A stretch of DNA of 64,000 nucleotides from a virus: the IMG/VR virus record IMGVR_UViG_3300043444_000523, positions 32,001 to 96,000 of that record, one strand, 5' to 3'. The position numbers and the translations under genes were made by a program. This document shows, piece after piece, positions 9,697-19,000 of the stretch (position 1 is the first letter of the stretch; every line of letters begins with the position of its first letter). The notes under the pieces are model-generated. The model ran no database searches. It was not told the DNA's origin and saw only the letters and a list, made by a program, of their open reading frames with translations.

Positions 9697-10635
9697 CTAA
9701 TTGTTGACGACCACTTCGCCTGTCATCGCGTATTGCTTGCACTGTTCCCAAGTCGCCTTGGGGTTTTTCTTCATGTAATCGCGGGCTTTGTCCAAAGAGT
9801 CCTTGCCGAATGCTTCGCCCTTGCCGCTGTTGACCTTCTGGTCAGTGATCTGGAGGAAGTCGCCAATCGGCGCGCCCTTGGCCGCGTACTGGACTGCTTC
9901 GTCTTTTTCCCAGTAGGCAAGAATCTGAGCTGCTTCTGCTTTGCGAGAGACCTCGTTCATGCCAAGCAACTTCTTCTTGATTTCGGCTTTCTTCTTTGGA
10001 TCGCCGAGTGCTTTGACACCAGCATATTCAAGCTGGTAGATGAGGTTGTCCGTGTCTTTTTCAGCGGCCTTGAGAGTCAGCTTGGCCAACTCCGCGTCTT
10101 TCTTCGTGCGGTCGCTCTTGAGGCTGGCAATCTCTTGCCGAAGCCCACCAATCGCGTTGGCAACCTGCTCAAAGGCCTCAGCATAAGTGATGACCTGATC
10201 GCTGTTTTGCATCGCAAGAGCCTCTTCGGGTTTCTGTTCACCTTCCGGCAGCGGGACTTCTTCAGCACCGCCGCTCATTGCTTCCTGAGTGGCCGCTTCT
10301 TCAGCCGCCTGTGGATCAACAGGCTGCTCTTCTTGACCGCCTTGGTCAGCCATCATGTGTTCGTAGAGTTGTGCCAGACCGTACAGAGTCGGATTGGTCT
10401 GGAGTGCGTATTCAAAGTTGGCCAGCCATTCCGCATGACCAGGAGGTTCTTGCGGACCTTGCTCAGCACCCATGTCCATCTCGGCATCGGGAGTAGCAGC
10501 CTCGCCGCCGCTCTCTTCCTCGCCTTCGTAGGATTCGGATTCGTGGCCTTCACGCTCTTCGCGGTCTTTTTTCTCTTGCTCTTCGTCTCTCTCGTCAGCC
10601 ATGATGGCCCCTTTGGAGACCTTGTTATCGGCCAA
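9697..10635 (-). CDS. Capsid scaffolding protein
   Basis: Acidic N-terminus, coiled coil, helical C-terminus, between protease and capsid genes. Confidence 0.65.
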   Translation of the reverse strand: MADNKVSKGAIMADERDEEQEKKDREEREGHESESYEGEEESGGEAATPDAEMDMGAEQGPQEPPGHAEWLANFEYALQTNPTLYGLAQLYEHMMADQGGQEEQPVDPQAAEEAATQEAMSGGAEEVPLPEGEQKPEEALAMQNSDQVITYAEAFEQVANAIGGLRQEIASLKSDRTKKDAELAKLTLKAAEKDTDNLIYQLEYAGVKALGDPKKKAEIKKKLLGMNEVSRKAEAAQILAYWEKDEAVQYAAKGAPIGDFLQITDQKVNSGKGEAFGKDSLDKARDYMKKNPKATWEQCKQYAMTGEVVVNN

Positions 10636-10843
10636 ACTTCTTTGCGAATGATTTCGCTTTGGCAGCGATTCGCGCCGTCTGATAACTGATAGGCGCAGAC
10701 TGGCTCATGCCATCAAGACAGGTAGATGGGATCGAGTCAGATTGAAACGCTTGATAATCAGGCGGAACCATCTTTGCCACAGGAAGAGGAGGAGCCATCT
10801 TGGCAACAGGCGGCTTTTCAGCCGGAAGAACATCAAGAACTCG

Positions 10844-13800
10844 CTATTGCCGTTGCGGCTTGAATCCATTAGCCGGACTTGACTGCTTCCCTGATTGAGC
10901 AGCAACATTCGGCTTATCGCCAAGAGAATTCCGAATCGCCTTCCTTGCGCCAGCAGCAACAAGAGCGACCAAAATTGACTTTGTTAGAGCCCTTCTCTGT
11001 GTTCCAGGATCGCCAAGCAACAAGTTTCCGAACTTCTTCAACGGCGAGTCTTTGCCAAAGTTGATTAACTTCTTTTGGTCTGGATGAGCCCGCTGAATAA
11101 ACGAAGGCGGGATGTAATCCCCTTCGCCAAACTTCTGCCCCTCAAGCGTGATGCCGCCCTTCGGAGCACGCGGCCCCTTGGCCATGCTCTTCGGCATGTC
11201 CTGCGGAATCCGCATCAGCAACTTCCGGTTCAACTCGTGCAATTCTTCAGGCGTTGCATTCGAGATGAAGTCGCCGACATGGCCAGAGAGAGTCTCATGC
11301 AAGTGCTGCTGCAACTCTTTCTGAACTTCAGGAGGAGCATCGGCAATGAAGTCACTCACAGTTTGCTTGAGTTCAGGATCGAGTCGCTTTGGGACCGATG
11401 GCGATACTCCAAAAGCCTTACCAAGTCGCTTTTTGACACTCTCAGACATCTTCTGCCTAATTGCGCCGCCCATCGTCTTTGGCTGAGTTGGGATCGGCTT
11501 GCGACCGTCGCCCTCTTGGGCCTTCTTGAGTTTGGCCTTCTCTTCAGGAGTCGCCGACTCCAGAACTTCGGACGGAATGAATTGACCGCCGATGTACTTC
11601 TTGCCTTGAAGAGTCACACCACCAACCGGAGCGCGTTCGGCTGCGTAGGGAACCGGCCGTGTCTTTGATTGATCGGTAACTGCACCAAGTCCTGCACCGC
11701 CAGCAGCACCCATCGTCCCGCCAATGGTAGCACCAGCAAGTGAGCCAACTGGACCAAGGATGCTCCCACCCACAGCGCCAGCAGCAGCACCGCCAGCACC
11801 TCCCATTAACCCACCTTTGGCAAGTCCTTTGAAGAAGTAAGGGACTGGAGACTTCTTCCCCTTGTTCTCAACCGGCGTGTCCTTCACACCAGCCGCCTTC
11901 AGTCCCTTCTCTGCGACCCAACCGACTGGGCCAGCCACTTTGCCGCCCATCTTTGAGCCGAGTTTCTCACCGAGGAATCCGCCTGCAATTCCGCCGACTG
12001 TAGAAGTGATCGGGGCCGCTGGTCCTCCGAGCATACCCAAGGTAGCACCAGCTGCGCCACCGCCGATTGCGCCAACAACTCCGCCAGCGTTGTTGTTCAT
12101 CTTGGGCTTCGGGACTTCGTACCGGACTGGATTCTTCTTCCCGGCAGATACAACCGCGCCTTTCATCTTTGGCATGGATTTCACGTTCCTTAGCCACGGA
12201 GGATCAGCGTTCCCTGAATCACCTTGGGCAACAGCTGCAGCAGCCGGAGTCGCAGCCGGTGCAACATCCTTCGGCTTCCTCACATACTTCCTCTTCGGTT
12301 TCGGACTGTCCTGAACAGCAGTTGCAGCCGGAGCCTGTGCCGGATCGGCAACAACCGCTTTCCCAGGTGTTGCATTGGCGTTGATTGAACCAAGCAAATC
12401 GTCTCCGTCCGTGCCAGCTGCTTTCGGAGGAGGAGCACTTCTTCGTCCAGCGCCTGGGGGCGTTGTCTTTGGAGTCGGCTTATTTGCCGTAGGCGGATTG
12501 CCTTTGCCAGCAACTGGAACATCGCCGTAAAGGCCAGCCAAAATGTCTTTGCCAAGCATCTCTGTCGCAGGTTGTCCAGTATTCCCGCCGTTCATCGGAC
12601 CAGGGAAACCTCCCTGTGTTCCTGTCGGCGGAGTAGAAGGCTGACCGGCCAATCGCGCTGGGAATCCAGGCTGAACTCCTCCAGTGTCAGCTGGCAATGC
12701 TTCCATTCCAAGCCTTGACGGGAACCCTGGCTGTGCGCCATTGCTCGCTGCTGGAGTCGGCTTAACTGCCCCAGGAATTACCTTGTTCCTTTCAATCCTC
12801 TTTGCCCTATCTTGTGCCCGCTGAGCCACAGATTGCCTTGCTTGAGAACCCATACCCAACATTGCGCCGCCGCCAATTCCGGTTACACTACCGGCAATAG
12901 CGCCTTGTTTGATTGCCGTTCCAAGCCTTGATCGATACTCTTCGTCGGTCTCTCCAGGCTGTTGCCCATCAGCCATAATTCCGCTGCTGATACCAGTCAG
13001 CGCAGCACCGCTCAGTCCGCCAAGTGCCGATTGCTTCAGCACTTCGCTGGTTCGTGGGCTTTCACGCCGGAATTTCTGAACTGCACGAGACATCCTCTGG
13101 CCAAGTGATCTGTTGACCGGCGCATACTCTGTCGCCTGATTCTGAGTCGGTCCCATAGCTTTCCCGATCTGGTCTGCGGCCACCATAGAGCCGACTTGAG
13201 CGGCCCCTTGTTGGACAGCCGGATTACGAACTGCCTTGCCAGCACCTTTCGCAATCGCACCGCCTGCCTTGGCCAACGCTGCGCCGAAGCTGTACTGCTC
13301 GGCATCTTTGGTTTTCCCAAGTGCAACGTCGAACTTGCCATACTGCACCGGCTTCGCTTGCCCCATGCACATCGACTTCTGATCCGGCGTCATGGACCGA
13401 GCAAACGACGGCGGGATATGATGGCCAGCCTTAAAGTGATGGCCACCAATCTCGATGCCGCCTTTCGGGGCACGAAGAGAAGAGGCGTCGTATTTACCAA
13501 CGGTCTTTCCTGCACCTGGGAAGAGTTCAGCGTTGACTTTTTTCATAAACTCGGCCCCCTCTTTCCCTGTGACAATTCTCGTTCCAACAGGCTTCGAAGG
13601 GCGAATCATAAACCGTTCTCTTGGGGTCAGACCAGCAGTAGTGCCAATTGCCATCCCCCTACTAATCAAGGCAGGCACTTGCTCTTTGCTGAAATTGAGT
13701 TTCTTGGTCAGACTCTTGATGAGTTCTTGATCGCCCTTCTCTGGGTCGATTTTCGTCAATTGATGCGTGATTCTGTCGGCCCGTTCCTTGTTTTTCGACG

Positions 13801-15265
13801 CCCTATCAAACGCAATCTTGGCCAATGTGATCCTTCGGTCTGCCGCCATCCCCTTCATCACGCCAGCGTATTCCTTCGGCCCTGCCGGACTCACTGGCGC
13901 ACCGAAAGACATGCCAGCGTAATTCGCCGGTTGGCCAGATACTATCGAGTCTGCAATCGCGTCGATGTTATTGCCGCCTGTATACTTCGCTGGCTTGCCT
14001 TTGCACGAACTCGTCAATGGCCGATTCTTGGCCGGATCAAATCCAGACACCTCCTTGGTCATTCGGTCAATCTCTGCCTGACGAGCAGCGTTCTTCTGCT
14101 TTTGCATCGCTGCCGGATCAGCAGTTGGCTTGGCCGCAACAGACGTGCCCTTGGATGATTGCAAATCACGCGGCAACGGCTCTTTGAAACTCAAGAAGCC
14201 GCGCTGCGGAACGCCAACAGTCGCACCGGCGTACTTCGTCGGCTTCGTCTTGCCTGCAAACTGCCTTACTTTGGTTTCTTGGTTGTTCGGCAACATCGCC
14301 CGACGCGCCATGATGGCGTCGTTCTTCTGCTGCTTCATCGCCCCACGAACCGCCGCTGCCGGAACTCCTGCTGCCTGAGCAAGAGTCGTCTTCCCAGCCG
14401 CTTGTGCAACCGCATCTGCCTTGGACGGAATCGCCGAGGCTCTTGTATTGGCCAACTTCTGTGCCGCTTCACCAACCGGAGTCTGCCTGAACTGACCTGC
14501 GGCCTCGTGCGCTGCACCGGCCAAGATGCGAACCGGGTTCTGTTTCAACGCTTGCCCGGTTCGCTTCAGCCGCTCCAGTTTGGCTTGTGCTTTTAGGCCA
14601 GGGGATACGTATTGTTGCGCCTCGTACATCGCCACATAGTTCGGCGGGATCGGCTGGCCGGATTTGAACCTGTATCCGCCGATTTGGATGCCGCCTTGGG
14701 GGGCAACGCATCGTTTGCCGACAGTTTTCTTCTCCATGGCGCGAACGATGCTCGAATACGGCATCGAATTGGCCTGATACGACACGATGCCCATCGGCAG
14801 GAACGGGTCGCGCTTCAAAAGCGCAACGCCAGTGACCTTGTTCGAGTTCGGATAGAAGTCAACACTGCGGAACGGGTATTTTTTCGTGTCTTCCCAGTGT
14901 TCTTTGTCGTAGTACAACGTGGCCAAGACTGCCGGAGTACCCTTTGGCCCGAATGTGCCAACTTTCGCATTGCGAGCAACGCCAACAATGTCAGGCTGGA
15001 GCTTTTCAGGGTACGAAGGGTCGCTTTGTTGCCGATGGCCGATGGTCATGATCGGCGGAACGCCGTATTCGGCCTCTCGCACATTGATCTGGTCCGCAAT
15101 GAGCGGCAAATCCTGCGCAGTGACCACTATGTCAACTTCTTCCCCGTTTGGCCCTCGCGTTTTCCGCGTGTGCGGCACGAAGATCGGCACATTCTCCACT
15201 CGAATGTACCGATTCGGGTCATTGATCTTGGCCAGGAAGTCGAGAGTTGGGTCGTTGGTTGCCAT
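10844..15265 (-). CDS. Prohead protease (N-terminal ~165 aa) fused to a ~1,300-aa modular low-complexity extension
   Basis: PPIMTIGH...VGVARN...YPFRSVDF...VTGVALL resembles Mu gpI-type maturation proteases; extension has glycine zippers and repeats. Confidence 0.7.
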   Translation of the reverse strand: MATNDPTLDFLAKINDPNRYIRVENVPIFVPHTRKTRGPNGEEVDIVVTAQDLPLIADQINVREAEYGVPPIMTIGHRQQSDPSYPEKLQPDIVGVARNAKVGTFGPKGTPAVLATLYYDKEHWEDTKKYPFRSVDFYPNSNKVTGVALLKRDPFLPMGIVSYQANSMPYSSIVRAMEKKTVGKRCVAPQGGIQIGGYRFKSGQPIPPNYVAMYEAQQYVSPGLKAQAKLERLKRTGQALKQNPVRILAGAAHEAAGQFRQTPVGEAAQKLANTRASAIPSKADAVAQAAGKTTLAQAAGVPAAAVRGAMKQQKNDAIMARRAMLPNNQETKVRQFAGKTKPTKYAGATVGVPQRGFLSFKEPLPRDLQSSKGTSVAAKPTADPAAMQKQKNAARQAEIDRMTKEVSGFDPAKNRPLTSSCKGKPAKYTGGNNIDAIADSIVSGQPANYAGMSFGAPVSPAGPKEYAGVMKGMAADRRITLAKIAFDRASKNKERADRITHQLTKIDPEKGDQELIKSLTKKLNFSKEQVPALISRGMAIGTTAGLTPRERFMIRPSKPVGTRIVTGKEGAEFMKKVNAELFPGAGKTVGKYDASSLRAPKGGIEIGGHHFKAGHHIPPSFARSMTPDQKSMCMGQAKPVQYGKFDVALGKTKDAEQYSFGAALAKAGGAIAKGAGKAVRNPAVQQGAAQVGSMVAADQIGKAMGPTQNQATEYAPVNRSLGQRMSRAVQKFRRESPRTSEVLKQSALGGLSGAALTGISSGIMADGQQPGETDEEYRSRLGTAIKQGAIAGSVTGIGGGAMLGMGSQARQSVAQRAQDRAKRIERNKVIPGAVKPTPAASNGAQPGFPSRLGMEALPADTGGVQPGFPARLAGQPSTPPTGTQGGFPGPMNGGNTGQPATEMLGKDILAGLYGDVPVAGKGNPPTANKPTPKTTPPGAGRRSAPPPKAAGTDGDDLLGSINANATPGKAVVADPAQAPAATAVQDSPKPKRKYVRKPKDVAPAATPAAAAVAQGDSGNADPPWLRNVKSMPKMKGAVVSAGKKNPVRYEVPKPKMNNNAGGVVGAIGGGAAGATLGMLGGPAAPITSTVGGIAGGFLGEKLGSKMGGKVAGPVGWVAEKGLKAAGVKDTPVENKGKKSPVPYFFKGLAKGGLMGGAGGAAAGAVGGSILGPVGSLAGATIGGTMGAAGGAGLGAVTDQSKTRPVPYAAERAPVGGVTLQGKKYIGGQFIPSEVLESATPEEKAKLKKAQEGDGRKPIPTQPKTMGGAIRQKMSESVKKRLGKAFGVSPSVPKRLDPELKQTVSDFIADAPPEVQKELQQHLHETLSGHVGDFISNATPEELHELNRKLLMRIPQDMPKSMAKGPRAPKGGITLEGQKFGEGDYIPPSFIQRAHPDQKKLINFGKDSPLKKFGNLLLGDPGTQRRALTKSILVALVAAGARKAIRNSLGDKPNVAAQSGKQSSPANGFKPQRQ

Positions 15266-15313
15266 ATCCTTTATAGGGGGATGCAATATGGCAACCGAAC
15301 GACGGATGATGTG

Positions 15314-16018
15314 CTATTTAAGAGGTTTGGCCCCTTCGATGTCGTCGATATGTCCGCCCGGCAGCTTTTTACCAGCGTATCCAACTGGCTTTGTCTCTTC
15401 TTCGTCAGGCAGCGAATCCATCACATATGCCGGTAGCTCTACAATGTCGTGATTGCGAGCCTTCCTGATCCGATGCCGACCATCAATGATCTTTGTGACG
15501 CCATCCTTGTGCCAAATGAGAAGAGGATGCGACAAATCGCATTCTTCTGCCCTCTCCACAAACGCCGGTGAACGGTCATGTTCGTCCGATTCCGAGTCCT
15601 GCATGAGTTTTGACAACTCATCGACTGGCACAAACATCAACTTGGCCGACTCTTTCGCAAATTCGGCCAATTCGGGGATTCGATACTCCTTGCCACCCTC
15701 TTCTAACGACCACGTTTGGCCCCAGAACGGCTCTTTCTTGCCAACCACCGTGACCGCGTGCTCTTCAGAAGGATCGTCTTCAGTCGGCCTCTTGTGCTCC
15801 TCGACAATCAATGCCCCATCATCGCCGATATAAACGACCGGATTTTCGTCGTCTTGATTTTCTACAGGCGCATCTTCTTGTGTGGACTCATCTTGTGGAC
15901 TAATCGGCGCAATTTGCGCCGATTCTTCTGGGTTGTATTCGTCGTCTTCGATAAGCAAATCCAATACAAATCCATTTGCATGAATGTGCCCTGAGAAAAT
16001 CTCTTCCAGTTCAGGCAT
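15314..16018 (-). CDS. ParB/Srx-like domain protein with acidic N-terminus
   Basis: PLLIW...IIDGRHRIRKA...LPAYV motif. Confidence 0.7.
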   Translation of the reverse strand: MPELEEIFSGHIHANGFVLDLLIEDDEYNPEESAQIAPISPQDESTQEDAPVENQDDENPVVYIGDDGALIVEEHKRPTEDDPSEEHAVTVVGKKEPFWGQTWSLEEGGKEYRIPELAEFAKESAKLMFVPVDELSKLMQDSESDEHDRSPAFVERAEECDLSHPLLIWHKDGVTKIIDGRHRIRKARNHDIVELPAYVMDSLPDEEETKPVGYAGKKLPGGHIDDIEGAKPLK

Positions 16019-16019
16019 G

Positions 16020-19000
16020 TTACACCAGATTGTTCTTTTTCAACACAGCCCAGCACTTCGGGAATTTTGCTTTGGCTACATTTGGCTTGGTTATGGCAAG
16101 ACGAACATACTCTGCCCACCCCTCGTGAGCATTAGACATTGCATATGAACTTAGCGGAGCTTTTTTCTCGTCTTCGTGCAGGATTTCAATAACCCATGCT
16201 TTTTTCCAATCAAAATCACTGCTGTAGGACAAATCGCCCAATTTGCCGTCAATAATATGGCCAATCTCATGGGCATAAACGCTGGACATTCTTGTGTCCG
16301 CAAGTTTCCCTTCGTGTTTTATACTCGGCGCGCCGTCAAGAAACATGCCGCCAGAACCAACCTCGACGGCTCCTCCAACTCTACCGTCATTATCCGTCGC
16401 TGTGGATTTTGATATATCTTCAGAAAGCCTCTTTGATGTTGGATAGAACTTCACATGCCGAAGGTTCTTCAAAAGCGAGCCTTTCATCTTTGGATTCATA
16501 CTGGAAATCGTCTTAACAATTCCAGACTTGAACTCGCTCTTGAGGCCATTCGGAATATCCTTGTCTTTGTCTATTGATGAATGAATCGCTGACACAAGAT
16601 CATTGCTGTTCTTTGGATTGGCGGAAATGATATTCCCTTTTATCCACCTGTTTGGGTTTTCTGAAACAGGAGGGCGTGCAAATGCCGCAATTACACCGCC
16701 TACAGCCGCTGACGCTACCGCAGACTTACCAGCAACAACCAGTGCGTGTTCTACAGAATCGCCTAATGCCATATTGCGTACAAATACAAGAGCCCCAGCA
16801 GTAGCAGCACTTCCAAAAGCGCCTTTCAAAAAGTTCACAGCCCTTGCAGTAACAACGCTGTGCCCGTGAGTCATTCCTGGAACTTTTTCTTTTCTAACAA
16901 CAGACGATCTTTTCCCAGGCGACAATGCCGCCTTTTCGCTCGAACTTGCTCTGGCAATCGCTTCTTTGGGTATAAACTCTCCGCCCTTGAAGTGCTCTCC
17001 GCCAACTTCGATTCCGCCCTTGGGGGCATGGACAGCCTCGTATCCAATTGCCTGATTCATAATCGGTGCAATTTGCGCTGATTTCTGGGAGTACGACTCC
17101 AGCGCCCTTGCAACAGCCGGTGCTAACGCGGACGCCTCTGCATTTGCCAGTTCTTCAAGGGCCACTTCGGACACTTGAATGCCACTACGCCGAATGCGGT
17201 TCTTGATCTTGTCCCGAATCCATAGCGATACAGCGCCTTCGCTGTGGCTGTCCGAAGACGGTTTATTGAGCAAATGAACCAACGCATCTCCAGCCACGTT
17301 CTTGGCGACATTTTTGATGTGTGCCCTCAAGTCTTCAGTCGGCTTGGATTCCGGCATTGGCTTTTCGCCGTCGATGCCAGACATGCTGAGCATCAGCGGC
17401 GCATACCGCTCTGCCGCTTCAGATGCCTCGCTCACCAAGTCTTCCTCAGTGGCCTCGATTCCGGCCTCTTTCATGGCCTCTTGCATCTTGCCCTTGAACA
17501 ACTCGACAAGGTATTCGTGCATCACCGCCGAGGCCGGAACTTCATCCTGATAACCGACCATCCACTCGTCATCCTGGCTCGTTACTAAGCTGCCGCCCTT
17601 CTTTTTCATGAGCACGTCGAATAGCTTCGGGATGAGCATCACGCCCTTCTTGATGCCCAACACAGCCAAGTCCATCGTGGCCTGTGTCGCTGCCCGAAGA
17701 GCGAGTCTCTTCAAAGCATCTTTCTCGTTTGGAACCCTAGAAGACTTACCTGTCACCGGGTCTATCACGAGTTTTGTTTCATTAGGATCGATGCCAAGAG
17801 AGATTGCTGTCTTATCAAACGCTCCCTGTGCCAACGGGCTCTTGGCGATGTCTCGCCTCAGTTTCTTAGGGTCTCTGATCATCCGTTCCGCGATCTTGCC
17901 AGCGTACTTGGCCGTCTCGTGAGCCGCCTTCGGCACGCCTCTGAGGCTCTGCTTCTTGTCAAACGCCTTCGACCGATTGCCGGAATACTGGTCGATGATC
18001 CGAAGCGCCATCGTGGCCACGGTGTCTTCGCCAGTGGCTGTAACTTCGCGCTCACGTTGATAAGCCCGACCACGGGCACGGGCATACTCATGCGGCGTTA
18101 GGCTACCGAATTCCTTGATCTTGTTCATCACATATGGCCGAAGTTTGAAGTCCGTCTTCAGCCAACGCTCGGTCTCTTGGATCAAGTCATACTCGTTGCC
18201 CATCAGGATCGGCTCATCAGGCTTCGGAGCCCGAATCCCAGCCTGTTCCAGCATGTCATCGACAGTGGCCGGTTTGTCTTCTTGTTTTTCAGACCTGTCC
18301 ATGCCGGTTTGCTGCGTCTCAGGCTTCTTGCCATGATCCTGCGGCCTGGAAGCAGGCATCTCCGGCACTTTCTCGCCTGAAATCGCCTTCTGGCCAGCCA
18401 ATGCCGCCTTCTCCTCCGGCGATGCGCGGGCAATCACAGAGCCAGGAATAAACTGGCCACCTTCGTAGTGCTTACCGGAAATGTCAATACCACCCACCGG
18501 CGCACGAGTCGCCTTGTACTCAATCGTGAACTCATCATCAGACACCGCCAAATACTCGATCACAAGGCCATCGTTGGCCATCGACACCTGCCCACCCTCT
18601 TCAGGCGGGGCCGGATCAAGAGGAACACTCGTCCCGTCAGCCAAACGAATGTAATTCCCGTCTTCCGTCTCGTCTGTGTTCTCTTCGCCCATGATTTCTT
18701 CAAGTATCTGATCAACCGTCATATCGCTGGCCTCTTCGGCCACTTGCTCGTCCCGCTGGACCTGTTGCTCTTGCTGCTCTTGGGCCGCTTGCTCCTGGGC
18801 TTGCTGTTCCTGTTGTTCCGCTTGCTGCTGCTCTGCGGCTTGTTCTTGGCCCTGTTGCTGCACTTGGGCCTCTTGATCTTGCGGCATCTCTTGAGGCTGG
18901 CCCTCTGCTGGAACTTGCATCTGTTGTTGCGCAGCTGCTTGCTGTTGCTGGGCCTGCATTTGCTGCTGCATCTGGGCTTGTTGGGCCTCCATCTGAATCT

